Shown piece by piece: positions 26,307-37,762 of a stretch of 50,632 nucleotides of DNA. A program made the position numbers and the translations under genes. Each line of letters opens with the position of its first letter. The stretch's first letter is position 1. Origin of the DNA: Corallococcus sp. BB11-1 (lineage in GTDB: Bacteria > Myxococcota > Myxococcia > Myxococcales > Myxococcaceae); NCBI RefSeq assembly GCF_026626625.1, contig NZ_JAPNJY010000032.1, positions 138,976 through 189,607 of the forward strand, in the 5' to 3' direction. The notes under the pieces were generated by a model. That model was not told the DNA's origin. It worked only from the letters and a program-made list of their open reading frames with translations, and did not search any database.

Positions 26307-27671
26307 TCACGAGAACGTCCAACGCAACTTCTTGAGGGCCGCACGGGCCTCTGCGTTGTCCGGATCCAGGCGCACGACCTCCTCGTAGTGGTGCTTGGCC
26401 GGCTTCTTCTGCCCCAGCGCCAGCAGCACGTGGGCCAGCAGCAGTTGATAATCCGCGCGGCCGGGCTTCAATTCCACCGCCCGCTGGGCGAGCGCCCGCA
26501 CCTCCTGGACGTCATGCGCCAGCTCGCGGCCCACGCGCGCGGCCTGGTAGGCCGCCTCCGGGTTGTCGCCGTTGAGCGACACGGCCAGCTTGTAGGCCGC
26601 GTGCGCTCCGGCGAAGTCCCCGCGCATCTCCAGCTCCTGGCCCCGCGCCACCTCCGCCTGCGCGCGGTGCAGGTCGTGCTTGCGGCGCGCGTCGACGAGC
26701 AGCGCGGCGACCTCGCGGTTCTTTGGGTCCAGGCCCAGCACGTGGTTGAAGTCCTGGTAGGCCCGCTCGAAGTCGCCGCGCGCCGTGGCCGCCCTGCCCC
26801 GGGCGATGAGCTCCGTGAGCTTGTGGGTGCGCGCCATGTACGGGTGGCGCGCCAGCCGGGCCTGACGCTCCGCGCGGCGGGCCTCCGACTCCGGATCCAC
26901 GGGCTCGGCGGGGGCCGCCGTGGGCTGGACCGACGCGAAGGCGCCCGAGGGTGGCCGCGCCTGGGGCTGCACCGACGCGAAGGCGCCCGAGGGCGGCCGC
27001 ACCGGGGCCGGGGACGCGGGGACCGGCCGGGGCGCGGAGGACGACGTCGCGGGGGGCGCCGCCGCGGCGGGGCGCGGCTCCGCGCGGCTGAGCGCGTTCT
27101 GGGCGTCGGTGAGGCGCTTGAAGATGCGCTCCAGCCGGGCGCGGAAGCTGCCCAGGTTCTTGCCGAAGTAGCGGTCCGGGTGGAAGCGCCGCGACGCGTT
27201 GTAGTAGGCCTGCTTCACCTCCGCGGCGGTGGCCCCCCGGGACACGCCCAGCACGGCGTGGTGGTCCATCCCGTCCAGCGAGCGCTCCAGCTCGATGATC
27301 TCCCGCTTCTGTTCGGGATCCAGGTCCACCTCCTCCGCCATGGAGGCGTCCACGGCCGGGGCGGCGGGCGTCGTGCGCGGCACCACGCGCGCGGGGACGA
27401 TGGCGCCCTTGGCGCGCAGCGACAGCAGCACGGCGATGGTCCGGGCCTCGCCCAGCGCGGAGCGCGACAGCACCGCGTCGATGCGCTCGACACGGCCCAC
27501 CAGCCCCAGCACCGTCCCCTCCTCTGGACTGAGCTGGAGGCGGGACAGGTCCAGGTGGGGCACCGTGGCGATGTGGTCGGTCCGGCCCCCCAGGCCGACG
27601 ATGGGGTTGGGCGCGCTCAAGCGAATCCCCGAGTGTAGGTGTCTGGGACGCAGGGCGTCAAACGCCCCCAT
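26307..27671 (-). CDS. J-domain + TPR-repeat co-chaperone with an N-terminal ~50-aa module and a proline-rich linker
   Basis: J domain with HPD (YYNASRRFHPDRYF). C-terminal TPR repeats. ATG at 27671. An internal 14-aa tandem duplication lies in the linker. Confidence 0.8.
   Translation of the reverse strand: MGAFDALRPRHLHSGIRLSAPNPIVGLGGRTDHIATVPHLDLSRLQLSPEEGTVLGLVGRVERIDAVLSRSALGEARTIAVLLSLRAKGAIVPARVVPRTTPAAPAVDASMAEEVDLDPEQKREIIELERSLDGMDHHAVLGVSRGATAAEVKQAYYNASRRFHPDRYFGKNLGSFRARLERIFKRLTDAQNALSRAEPRPAAAAPPATSSSAPRPVPASPAPVRPPSGAFASVQPQARPPSGAFASVQPTAAPAEPVDPESEARRAERQARLARHPYMARTHKLTELIARGRAATARGDFERAYQDFNHVLGLDPKNREVAALLVDARRKHDLHRAQAEVARGQELEMRGDFAGAHAAYKLAVSLNGDNPEAAYQAARVGRELAHDVQEVRALAQRAVELKPGRADYQLLLAHVLLALGQKKPAKHHYEEVVRLDPDNAEARAALKKLRWTFS
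26921..27003. repeat. Imperfect 2x ~42-nt tandem duplication inside the J-domain protein gene
   Basis: tgggctggaccgacgcgaaggcgcccgagggtggccgcgcc followed by tggggctgcaccgacgcgaaggcgcccgagggcggccgcacc. It encodes RPPSGAFASVQP(Q/T)A twice on the minus strand. Confidence 0.7.
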
Positions 27672-27698
27672 CCAACGGGCTGCTCCCCGGAAAAACGG

Positions 27699-28877
27699 CT
27701 AGAGGGAAGCCAGCACACGCTGGAGGATGCCCAGGGCTTCGTCCAGTTCCTGCCGGGTGATGGTGAGCGCGGGGGCGAATCTCAGCGTCGTCTCCCCCGC
27801 GGAGTTCACCAGCAGTCCGGCGTCGCGCAGCTTCGCGATGACGGGCGCGACCTCGCGGTCCAGCTCGACGCCCAGCAGCATCCCCCGCCCTCGCACGGCC
27901 TGGATGCGCCCTTGGGGCAGCGCCGCCTGGAGCGTCCGCGCGCCCGCGAGGAAGTGCTCGCCCTTCGCCTGCACGTCCGGCAGCAGGCCGGGCTGGCGCA
28001 GGAGCCGCAGGACGACGTTGGCCGCGGCGGCGGACACCAGGTTGCCGCCGAAGGTGGAGCCGTGGGTGCCGGGGGTGAGGCTCTTCGCCAGCTCCTCGCG
28101 GCAGAGCATGGCGCCCATGGGCAGGCCGTTGCCCAGGGCCTTGGCGACGCTGATGGCGTCCGGCTGGATGCCGTCGTGCATGAAGCCGAAGGGCAGGCCC
28201 GTGCGGCCCATGCCCGTCTGGACCTCGTCCACGAGCAGCAGCAGGCCCTGCGCGTCACACAGCTCCCGCAGGCCCTTGAGGAATCCGGGGGGCGCCATGC
28301 GCACCCCGCCCTCGCCCTGGATGGGCTCCACGAGGATGGCGGCGGTGGCGGGCCCCACGGCGCGGCGCACCGCCTCCAGGTCCCCGTACGGGACGTGCCG
28401 GAAGCCCGCGGGCAGCGGCTCGAAGCCCGCGTGGTACTTCGGCTGGCCGGTGGCGGTGACGGTGGCCAGGGTGCGGCCGTGGAAGCTCTTGTCGAAGGTG
28501 ATGAGCTCGAAGCGCTCCGGCGTGCCCCGGTCCTTCATCACCTTGCGGGTGAGCTTGATGAGCGCCTCGTTCGCCTCCGCGCCGGAGTTGCAGAAGAACG
28601 CGCGCGGCAGGCCCGCCCAGTCCGTCAGCTGTTCGGCCAGGTCGATCTGCGGCTGCGAATAGAAGACGTTGGAGACGTGCCACAGCAGATCCAACTGCGC
28701 CTTCGCCGCCGCGACGACCTCCGGGTGGCAGTGGCCCAGCGCGCACACGGCGATGCCGCCGATGCAGTCCAGGTACGCCTTGCCATCCGCGTCCCACACC
28801 CGCGTGCCCTGCCCCCGCACCAGGGCGATGGGTTGCTGCTTGTAGTTCTGCAGCAGGTGCTGCTTCGCCTTCTGCAT
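27699..28877 (-). CDS. argD: Acetylornithine aminotransferase (class III PLP aminotransferase)
   Basis: Full-length class-III aminotransferase signature (LVDEVQTGMGRTG, SFHGRT) with argD-like ends. ATG at 28877 (MQKAKQHLL...). Confidence 0.85.
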   Translation of the reverse strand: MQKAKQHLLQNYKQQPIALVRGQGTRVWDADGKAYLDCIGGIAVCALGHCHPEVVAAAKAQLDLLWHVSNVFYSQPQIDLAEQLTDWAGLPRAFFCNSGAEANEALIKLTRKVMKDRGTPERFELITFDKSFHGRTLATVTATGQPKYHAGFEPLPAGFRHVPYGDLEAVRRAVGPATAAILVEPIQGEGGVRMAPPGFLKGLRELCDAQGLLLLVDEVQTGMGRTGLPFGFMHDGIQPDAISVAKALGNGLPMGAMLCREELAKSLTPGTHGSTFGGNLVSAAAANVVLRLLRQPGLLPDVQAKGEHFLAGARTLQAALPQGRIQAVRGRGMLLGVELDREVAPVIAKLRDAGLLVNSAGETTLRFAPALTITRQELDEALGILQRVLASL

Positions 28878-28987
28878 GAGGGCGTCGTTGCCAGGGGCGG
28901 CGGCGGGGGATGGCGACGGATGCGGCAAGGCGGTCTTCCTCACGATTCGTGCGGCTTCAGGGGGACAACGGCGGGGACGCTAGCGCG

Positions 28988-30385
<1,398 letters not shown>

Positions 30386-30397
30386 GGGGCGGTCCTC

Positions 30398-30925
30398 TCA
30401 GAGCTCTTCGTAGGTGACGTTGGAGTTCGTGTAGACGCAGATGTCCGCGGCGATGGCCATGGACTGCGTGCAGATGTCGCGGGCCGACATCTGGGTGTTC
30501 GCCTGGAGCGCTCTCGCGGCGGACAGCGCGTAGGAGCCACCGCTGCCCACCGCGGCGATGCCGTGGTCGGGTTCGATGACGTCCCCCGCGCCGGAGAGGA
30601 TGAAGGTCTTCTCCCGGTCCGCGACGATGAGCAGCGCCTCCAGGCGGCGCAGGAAGCGGTCGGTGCGCCAGTCCTTGCCCAGCTCCACGCAGGCGCGGGT
30701 CAGGTTCTTCTGGTGCTCCTTGAACTTGGCCTCGAAGCGCTCGAAGAGCGTGAAGGCGTCCGCGGTGCTGCCCGCGAAGCCGGCGAGCACCTGCCCGTCG
30801 CCAATGCGGCGCACCTTGCGCGCCGTGTTCTTCATGATGGTCTTGTCGAGGCTGACCTGGCCGTCGCCCGCGATGACGACCTTCTGGTCGCGGCGGACGC
30901 AGAGGATGGTGGTGCCGTGGAACAT
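30398..30925 (-). CDS. hslV: ATP-dependent protease subunit HslV
   Basis: Catalytic N-terminal Thr after Met ([10 protein letters not shown]). 175 aa. It lies directly upstream of hslU. Confidence 0.95.
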   Translation of the reverse strand: MFHGTTILCVRRDQKVVIAGDGQVSLDKTIMKNTARKVRRIGDGQVLAGFAGSTADAFTLFERFEAKFKEHQKNLTRACVELGKDWRTDRFLRRLEALLIVADREKTFILSGAGDVIEPDHGIAAVGSGGSYALSAARALQANTQMSARDICTQSMAIAADICVYTNSNVTYEEL

Positions 30926-31006
30926 GGCGGGAGGTTTAACAAGCCCGCCCCGCCCCCACCAGCAAACACGGCCCGGCTGTCCGCTCCCTCACCGTAAGAG
31001 GGCCCT

Positions 31007-31396
31007 TCAGGCCACGGTGGCCCGGATCCACCGGCCCACCAGCTTCACCAGGGCCTCCTTCTTCGCCTTCACGTCCTTCGCGTCCTGGAGCGTGACGATG
31101 CCCCGGTCCACCGCGGCCCACTTCACCAGACCCGAGTCGTCCTCGAAGGCGAAGCCCGCCGTGTCCTTCACCTTCGCGCCCCGGTGGAGGATGACCTGGA
31201 AGATGCCCTTGGGGGCCAGCCGGAACGTCGCCCGGTCATCGCCGCCGGAGCAGAAGCTGGGGGCATTCCACTTGATGCGCTCGGTGAGCGTCTTGTCGGA
31301 GGCCAGGATGGCGCTGCGCACGGATTGAATCTCCGCCTTGAGCGGATGTTCGAGCTCCGCCATGAACGCTTCGACCTCGTCACCCTGCTTCGACAT
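31007..31396 (-). CDS. DUF1801 (YdhG-like) family small protein
   Basis: 129 aa with ATG at 31396. The sequence pattern matches the YdhG/DUF1801 fold (EAFMAELEHPLKAEIQSVRSAILASD...). Confidence 0.55.
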   Translation of the reverse strand: MSKQGDEVEAFMAELEHPLKAEIQSVRSAILASDKTLTERIKWNAPSFCSGGDDRATFRLAPKGIFQVILHRGAKVKDTAGFAFEDDSGLVKWAAVDRGIVTLQDAKDVKAKKEALVKLVGRWIRATVA

Positions 31397-31417
31397 GGCC
31401 CAGTCCTTTCAACCGCG

Positions 31418-32320
31418 TCACGCGCGCGGGTGCGCGGCGTCGTAGACCTCTTGCAGCTGTTCAAAGGTCACGTGGGTGTACTTCTGCGTGGTGGACAGGC
31501 TCGCGTGGCCCAGCAGCTCCTGGATGCTGCGGATGTCCGCGCCGCCGCCCAGCAGGTGCGTGGCGAACGAGTGGCGCATCGCGTGCGGGCTCACCTTGCG
31601 CGCCAGCGCGAGCTGGAGCACGTATGCGTCCAAGTGCCTCGCGATGCTCCGGGGCGTCAGCCGGCCGCCGCGGAAGTTGAGGAACAGCGCGTCCGGATCC
31701 TGTCCCGCGTAGACCGTGGCCAGCAGCTCGCCGCGCCGCGCGAGGTACGCCTCCAGCGCGCGGATGGACTTGGCGTTGAGCGGGATGAGGCGCTCCTTGC
31801 TGCCCTTGCCCATCACCCGGACGATGCGGCTGCTCCGGTCCACGCCCAGCAGCGACAGGCCACACAGCTCGCTGATGCGCAGGCCGCCGCCGTAGAGCAT
31901 CTCCAGGATGGCCTTGTCCCGAAGCCCCAGCACCGTGCTCTCGTCCGGCATGTCGAGGATGGCGAACACCTCCTCCACCGGCAGCACCTTGGGCAGCGTC
32001 TTGGGCAGCTTGGGGCTCTTCACCAGCTTCGCGGGGCTGGCGGACAGGAGCTTCTGGCGCACCAGGTACTTGTAGAACGACTTGATGCTCGCCAGCCGCC
32101 GCGCGCGGCTTGCGGGGGCGTGGTCCACGCTGAGCGTGCCCAGGTAGCCCCGGATGGCCGCGTGCGTGCCGGCCAGCAGCGACGACTTCATCCGCTCCAC
32201 GAGGTAGCGCTCATAGTCCACCAGGTCGATGAGGTAGTTGCGCACCGTGTGCGGTGACGCGTCCTTCTCGTCTTCCAGGTGGGCGCGGAACTTCTCGAGG
32301 AGCGGGGACAGGGTCGACAT
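31418..32320 (-). CDS. xerC: Tyrosine recombinase XerC
   Basis: Catalytic residues in context (RHSFATHLL, LLGHASLSTTQKYTHV). Conserved position upstream of hslVU. Confidence 0.85.
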   Translation of the reverse strand: MSTLSPLLEKFRAHLEDEKDASPHTVRNYLIDLVDYERYLVERMKSSLLAGTHAAIRGYLGTLSVDHAPASRARRLASIKSFYKYLVRQKLLSASPAKLVKSPKLPKTLPKVLPVEEVFAILDMPDESTVLGLRDKAILEMLYGGGLRISELCGLSLLGVDRSSRIVRVMGKGSKERLIPLNAKSIRALEAYLARRGELLATVYAGQDPDALFLNFRGGRLTPRSIARHLDAYVLQLALARKVSPHAMRHSFATHLLGGGADIRSIQELLGHASLSTTQKYTHVTFEQLQEVYDAAHPRA

Positions 32321-32391
32321 GGTCGGGGAAGCCTAGGGGCCTCCCCGAGCCTCGCAAGATTCGCGTCGGTGCGCGAGCACGCTCCGCCCGC

Positions 32392-34656
32392 CTACTTCGC
32401 GGGCGCAGGGGCCGGAGCGGCGGGGGCCGGCGCACCCGGCAGTTCAGAAGGCACCAGTTGGGGCAGGAACACCCGGCAGCTGTCTCCGGACAGCCACTGA
32501 TGCGTGCACAGCCACTCCGTGATGGGCACGCGCACCTGCCACAGCAGGATGAACAGCACCAGCAGCGTGAGCCCGATACGGGCCCCCGCGGACATGCCGT
32601 CGCTCTCGTCGTCGTCCTGCGTGTGGCGCAGCGCCCCGCGCACCAGGTCCGCGTGGTCCACGCGCGCGTTCTTCGGCAGCTTCGGGCGGCGGGTGATGAG
32701 CGTCGCCACGCCCCGGGTGAGCATCAGCCGGTCGTTGAGCGCCCAGCCGGAGCCCTCCAGGAGCAGCGCCAGGTTGCGCCGCCGCAGCTTCAGCCACCCG
32801 AGCAGCCCCGCGGGCGCCATCACCACGATGGCCAGGATGGTCGCCGCGGTGATGACGTCCACCAGCGTCAGCGACTTGACCTGCGTGAGGATGAACGCCA
32901 GCGACGAGCCCAGCGCCGCGAACGCGATGCCGCCCGCCGCCAGCATGCCGGCGAGGCCTCCTCCCGCGGGTGCCGCCGCGGGCGCCGCCGCCGGGGGCCC
33001 CGCCTTGGCCGCGCCCACCGGGGGCGCCGTCACCGTCTGCGTGTAGCCGCGCTCCAGCGTCGAATCGAAGTCCTTCTCACCCGACGCCGCCAGCGCCTCC
33101 ACCTTGCCGGAGATGAACGCGCCGATGCGCATGAAGGGCATCGTCATGGATTCCCACAGCGACACCGGCTGGCGGACCACCTGCGTGACGATGGCGTCGC
33201 TCTCCACGCCGTCCACGTCGTAGAACACGCCGCGCTTGCCCACGACGAGCTCCGTGCTGCGGCCCGCCGTGACGGGCACCGCCACCTCGTAGCCCTCCGC
33301 GCCGTCCTTGGGCAGCACCTTCACGTAGAGGATGCAGGTGGTGCCCTGCCCCGTCAGCGCCGAGTGCCCCGCCCGGTCCTTCACCAGCACCGACAGCGTG
33401 TACTTGCGTCCGGCCAGGATGAGCGTGCCCCGCTCCATCAGCGCCCGCCGCTTGGGCAGGTACAGGCTGGGCATGCTGATGAAGTTGTTGGCGAACACCA
33501 GGAGCCAGCGCTGGTACAGCACCAGCCGCTCCAGCTCCGCGATGACGTCCAGCGTGCCCTTGAGCGACAGGTCCTCGCGGCTCGCGGACTCCAGCGCGTC
33601 CAGCTCCTCGTCCGACACGGCGCCCAGCGTGTCCACCACCGCGTGCAGCGCGTGGCCGTCCCGCGTCGCCTGCCAGGCGAGGATGGCCTCCGCCTTCGCG
33701 GACAGGTCCTTCCACGCCGTGTCCGTCAGCTTCACGCCGTCGCCCAGCAGCGGCGTCGCCACCTCCTGGTGGAAGGACTCCAGCCGCTCGTAGCCGGCGC
33801 CACGGAACAGCCGCGCCCACACCAGCACGCCTGACGCATCCGGCGGCGCGATGGGCAGCTCCCCGGCGGCCTTCCCCATGGCGCCCGGGTCGCCCAGGGC
33901 CCCCTCCACCCGCTCCGCGCGCAGGCGCATGCTGGCGGCCGCCTCCGGCTGCGCGGCCACCAGCCGGCACTGCGCGAAGTAGCCGTCCAGCAGGGGCGCC
34001 ACGTCGTGCACGCGCTTCGCCTGCTCCAGGCTCGCCGCGCCCCAGGTGAACACCGCGTCCCTTCCGGCCAGGTGCGCGAGCAGCGCCGCCCGCTCCTCGC
34101 GGAAGCGCTTCACCAGCGCCACGTCCACGCCCGCCAGGCCCGCGCGGTTCGTCACCGCCGGGAAGGCCGTGATGATGGCCTGCGCCAGGGGCCGCAGCCG
34201 CTCCGGCAGGGAGGTGGGCGCGATGATGCCGTCGCCGTTGGTGCCCGCGTCACGCAGCGCCTTGTCGCTGGTGCGCAGCTGCTCCAGGGACAGGCGCGTG
34301 GTGTCCGGCGCCTGGAGCGTGCGCAGCACCAGCTCCGCCGCGCCCCGCAGGTTGTTCGCCGTGTCGGAGAGCGCCGCCAGCTCCAGCACGTCGCTGCCCG
34401 CGTCCGCGCCCTTGCGATCCGTCAGCCGCGCCGCCGTCCAGTCCACCGCGGCGCGCAGCTCCTCCACGCGGATGCGCTGGTTGCCGTCCGAGTCCATCAG
34501 CGTGAGGAAGCGCGGATCACACGCGATGCCCTCCAGCGGACACGCGAGCGCCATCCACTGCGTCGCGGGGATGCGCACCGCTTCGGTGAGCGTGTTGAAG
34601 TCGGGGATGTCGACCTGGAGGGAGCCGCCGTAGCGCCGATAGACGAGTTGTGCCAT
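32392..34656 (-). CDS. Uncharacterised large membrane protein (754 aa): ~560-aa soluble N-terminal region, C-terminal TM helices, Pro/Ala-rich tail
   Basis: ATG at 34656; the ORF's upstream extension begins at a GTG at 34695. Two or three hydrophobic helices near the C-terminus (GIAFAALGSSLAFILTQV, LVDVITAATILAIVVMAPAGLLGWL, IGLTLLVLFILLW). Ends ...PGAPAPAAPAPAPAK. No family recognised. Confidence 0.5.
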   Translation of the reverse strand: MAQLVYRRYGGSLQVDIPDFNTLTEAVRIPATQWMALACPLEGIACDPRFLTLMDSDGNQRIRVEELRAAVDWTAARLTDRKGADAGSDVLELAALSDTANNLRGAAELVLRTLQAPDTTRLSLEQLRTSDKALRDAGTNGDGIIAPTSLPERLRPLAQAIITAFPAVTNRAGLAGVDVALVKRFREERAALLAHLAGRDAVFTWGAASLEQAKRVHDVAPLLDGYFAQCRLVAAQPEAAASMRLRAERVEGALGDPGAMGKAAGELPIAPPDASGVLVWARLFRGAGYERLESFHQEVATPLLGDGVKLTDTAWKDLSAKAEAILAWQATRDGHALHAVVDTLGAVSDEELDALESASREDLSLKGTLDVIAELERLVLYQRWLLVFANNFISMPSLYLPKRRALMERGTLILAGRKYTLSVLVKDRAGHSALTGQGTTCILYVKVLPKDGAEGYEVAVPVTAGRSTELVVGKRGVFYDVDGVESDAIVTQVVRQPVSLWESMTMPFMRIGAFISGKVEALAASGEKDFDSTLERGYTQTVTAPPVGAAKAGPPAAAPAAAPAGGGLAGMLAAGGIAFAALGSSLAFILTQVKSLTLVDVITAATILAIVVMAPAGLLGWLKLRRRNLALLLEGSGWALNDRLMLTRGVATLITRRPKLPKNARVDHADLVRGALRHTQDDDESDGMSAGARIGLTLLVLFILLWQVRVPITEWLCTHQWLSGDSCRVFLPQLVPSELPGAPAPAAPAPAPAK

Positions 34657-34763
34657 TCGGCGCGGCAAGACAGCACACCCGCCCCCACGGTGCACGCCTC
34701 AACCGCCAGCGGGGGCCCGAAGGGGCGGACGGGCGCGGGCGCCCTCCCCCCCTGGGTCCGCCC

Positions 34764-36389
34764 CTACTGCGCTGAGGCGATGGCGCTGTACACGCCGGGG
34801 TTCTGCCCCTGGCCGATGATGTAGACGGCCCGGGTGTCGTCCTTGCCGGCGAAGTACGTGGGCACCTGCACGCCCTGGTCGAGCGTCTTCCGGGCCCCCG
34901 TCTTCACGTCGTAGACGGCCACGTCGTAGGTGTCCGAGTCCATGCGCGCGTACGTCGCCAGGATGCGGGCCCCGTCGTTGGAGATCTTGTAGCTGAAGAT
35001 GCCCTGCATCCACGTCTTCGCCTCGGCCTGCTTCTCACCCAGGTCCAGCGCCTTGAAGTCGCACGCGCGGCCGTTGCGGATGCAGTTGGTGCGGAACACC
35101 ACCGCGCCGTTGTTCGGCGTGAAGCCGTAGCCGAACACGCCCGGCTGCACCTTCTCCGCCTTCTCCTGGCCCAGCGAGTACAGCATCAGGTCCACGGAGA
35201 ACACCGGCCGCACGAAGCGCGACAGGAACGCCACGTAGCGGCTGTCCGAGCCCCACACGAAGTTGGGCACCCGGTCCCCCACGCGCTTGGGCGCGCCGTC
35301 CGGCAGCGCCGCCACGCTCATCGCGCCCGCGCGCGACGGCTGGTCGTACTTCTCCAGGAAGCCCACCGCCTTGGAGTCCGGCGCGAACGCCATCTCCTCC
35401 ACGGCTTCGCCCACCTTGCGGCCGGGCCCGCCGGAGGCCGGCCCCACGTACAGGTCCCCCAGCTGCTCCGGCTTGCCGTTCTCCGTGCGCGCCAGCCACT
35501 GGCCGTCCGGCGAGAAGCCGAACACCTTCGAGCCCACCGCGAGCCGCTGGCCCTTCAGCGCCGGCACCTCCGCGAGGTACAGGTCATACATGCCGCGCAC
35601 GGCCTCGCTGCGCACCTGGTACGCCACGCGCTTGCCGTCCGGGGACACCTGGTAGTCGCCCACCTGATCCGCCAGCTTGCGCGGCGGCTCGTTGGCGCCC
35701 ACCGTCACCGCCGCCAGCCCGCTCGCGGCCGACAGCCGGCGCTTGAAGAGCAGCGTCTTGCCGTCCGGCGTGAACTGCGCGGTGCTCACCTCCGCCGCCA
35801 CGTCCTGGAACGGCCCCGAGGGCAGCGGCCCCAGCTTCAGCACGCCGCCGTCCACGAAGGCCGCGCTGGCGCCGTCGGGCGAGGGCAGCAGGTAGCTCAC
35901 CGCCGCGCCCAGCTTCACCGGCTCCGCCGCGGCGTCCGTCAGGGCCAGCGCGTGCAGCTCGCCCGACTGCGAGGCCGGGTTGTAGCCCGTCACGTACAGC
36001 AGGTGCTTGGAGTCCGCGGAGAACAGCAGGCTGCCCGGCACGTTCGTCACGCCGTCCCCCAGCTCGCGCGGCTTGCCGCCCGCCACCGGCACCACGTACA
36101 GCGTGCCCACCAGCATCTGCGGCGGGATGCCGTCCAGCCGGGGCTTCTGGCCGTTGAGCAGGTACGTGGCGAACTGCCCGTCCGGAGACAGGCGCAGGTC
36201 CGCGGCGCGCCCCGCCGCCAGCTGCTGCCCCTGCCCGCCCACCACCGCCGCGCCCTTGGCCGCGCTGCGGACGGTGTCGCCCTTCGCTGCGCTGCGCTGC
36301 GACGGCGCGGACGGCGCGGCGTCCTCGCCCTTCTTGCACCCCACCACCGCCAGCAGGGCCACGAGGCCCCAGATTCCAGGTCGCTTCAT
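34764..36389 (-). CDS. TolB-like beta-propeller lipoprotein (~10 PD40-type repeats)
   Basis: Signal peptide plus lipobox (LLAVVGCKK). Recurring SPDG/TPDG/SADS blades every ~45 aa. The ATG at 36389 overlaps the trmFO stop (ATGA). Confidence 0.7.
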   Translation of the reverse strand: MKRPGIWGLVALLAVVGCKKGEDAAPSAPSQRSAAKGDTVRSAAKGAAVVGGQGQQLAAGRAADLRLSPDGQFATYLLNGQKPRLDGIPPQMLVGTLYVVPVAGGKPRELGDGVTNVPGSLLFSADSKHLLYVTGYNPASQSGELHALALTDAAAEPVKLGAAVSYLLPSPDGASAAFVDGGVLKLGPLPSGPFQDVAAEVSTAQFTPDGKTLLFKRRLSAASGLAAVTVGANEPPRKLADQVGDYQVSPDGKRVAYQVRSEAVRGMYDLYLAEVPALKGQRLAVGSKVFGFSPDGQWLARTENGKPEQLGDLYVGPASGGPGRKVGEAVEEMAFAPDSKAVGFLEKYDQPSRAGAMSVAALPDGAPKRVGDRVPNFVWGSDSRYVAFLSRFVRPVFSVDLMLYSLGQEKAEKVQPGVFGYGFTPNNGAVVFRTNCIRNGRACDFKALDLGEKQAEAKTWMQGIFSYKISNDGARILATYARMDSDTYDVAVYDVKTGARKTLDQGVQVPTYFAGKDDTRAVYIIGQGQNPGVYSAIASAQ

Positions 36390-37762
36390 GCGCTCCTCTG
36401 TTCGTCCGTCGCTTGGGGGGCGCCCGAGTCCGGGGCGCCCGCATGTGGCAGCCAGGCCGCCAGGTCCTGCTTCGCCCGCGCCGAGTAGGCCGCGCGCTTG
36501 TCCGCCTTCTTCATCCGCCCCGACAGGGGCGGGAACAGGCCGAAGATGACGTTGGTGGGCTGGTGCGGGTGGTCCGGCGGGTGCGCCTCGCCGGTGACGT
36601 GCCGGTACAGCGACCCCAGCGCCGTCGTCGCCGGAGGCGGCACGAACGTGCCCCCCGTGAGGCGCGCATGCACCGCCAGCGCCACCAGGTAGCCGCACGC
36701 CGCGCTCTCCACGTAGCCCTCCACCCCCGTCACCTGCCCCGCGAAGAACACCCGCCGCTCTGTCTTCAGCGACAGGTCCTCCGCCAGCAGGCGCGGCGAG
36801 TCGATGAACGTGTTGCGGTGGATCTGCCCCATCCGCAGGAACTCCGCGTTCTGGAGGCCCGGGATGCAGGACATGAAGATGCGCTTCTGCTCGCCCCACG
36901 TCAGGCGCGTCTGGAAGCCCACCATGTTCCACGCCGTGCCGGCCTTGTCCTCCATGCGCAGCTGCACCACCGCGTAGGGATCCTTCCCCGTGCGCGGGTC
37001 CTTCAGCCCCACTGGCTTGAGCGGCCCGAAGGCCAGCGTGTCGTCCCCGCGCTCGGCCATCACTTCGATGGGCAGACACCCTTCGAAGTATTTCGGTTCC
37101 TCGAAGCTGTGCGGCACCAGCTTCTGGCCCGCCTTCACCTCGTTGACGAAGCGGTAGTACTCGTCGCGCGTCATCGGCAGGTTGAGGTAGTCATCCCCGC
37201 CGCCCTTGCCGTAGCGGCTCTGGCGGAAGGCCACGTCCATGTCGATGGAGTCCCCGGACAGGATGGGCGCGATGGAGTCGTAGAAGTAGAGCTTCGTGCC
37301 CACGTGGCGCTCCAGCTCCGCCGTGAGCGCGTCCGACGTCAGCGGCCCCGTCGCCACCACCACCACGCCCTCGTCCGGGATCCGCTCCACCTCCCCGCCG
37401 ACAACCTCCACGCCCACGCCGGACTGGAGCCGGGTGGTGATTTCACGGGAGAAGCCCTCGCGCTCCACCGCCAGCGCGTCCCCCGCCGGCACCCGGTGCA
37501 GGTCCGCGCTGCCCAGCACCAGCGAGCCCAGCGCGCGCAGCTCCGCGTGCAGCAGGCCAATGGCGCTCTCCGGGTTGTCCGAGCGCAGCGAGTTGCTGCA
37601 CACCAGCTCCGCGAGCGAGTCCGACTTGTGCGCGGGGGAGCGCTTGTGCGGCTTCATCTCGCGCAGCACCACCGGCACGCCGCGCCGCGCGAGCTGGTAC
37701 GCGCACTCGGTGCCCGCCAGGCCCCCGCCAATCACCGTCACCCGCTGCTTCACGTCCGACAT
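36386..37762 (-). CDS. trmFO: Methylenetetrahydrofolate--tRNA-(uracil54-C5)-methyltransferase TrmFO (Gid)
   Basis: FAD-binding GGGLAGTE N-terminus and full-length TrmFO similarity ([14 protein letters not shown]). ATG at 37762. Confidence 0.9.
   Translation of the reverse strand: MSDVKQRVTVIGGGLAGTECAYQLARRGVPVVLREMKPHKRSPAHKSDSLAELVCSNSLRSDNPESAIGLLHAELRALGSLVLGSADLHRVPAGDALAVEREGFSREITTRLQSGVGVEVVGGEVERIPDEGVVVVATGPLTSDALTAELERHVGTKLYFYDSIAPILSGDSIDMDVAFRQSRYGKGGGDDYLNLPMTRDEYYRFVNEVKAGQKLVPHSFEEPKYFEGCLPIEVMAERGDDTLAFGPLKPVGLKDPRTGKDPYAVVQLRMEDKAGTAWNMVGFQTRLTWGEQKRIFMSCIPGLQNAEFLRMGQIHRNTFIDSPRLLAEDLSLKTERRVFFAGQVTGVEGYVESAACGYLVALAVHARLTGGTFVPPPATTALGSLYRHVTGEAHPPDHPHQPTNVIFGLFPPLSGRMKKADKRAAYSARAKQDLAAWLPHAGAPDSGAPQATDEQRSA

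Noticed and set aside
24375-27638. 1087-aa plus-strand ORF over the Hsp70 and J-domain genes
   Set aside because: It is antisense to unmistakable Hsp70 and J-domain coding sequences.
34458-34494. EF-hand-like loop DSDGNQRIRVEE in the 754-aa membrane protein
   Set aside because: The glycine is at loop position 4 rather than 6 and there is no flanking helix-loop-helix pair. It is probably coincidental.
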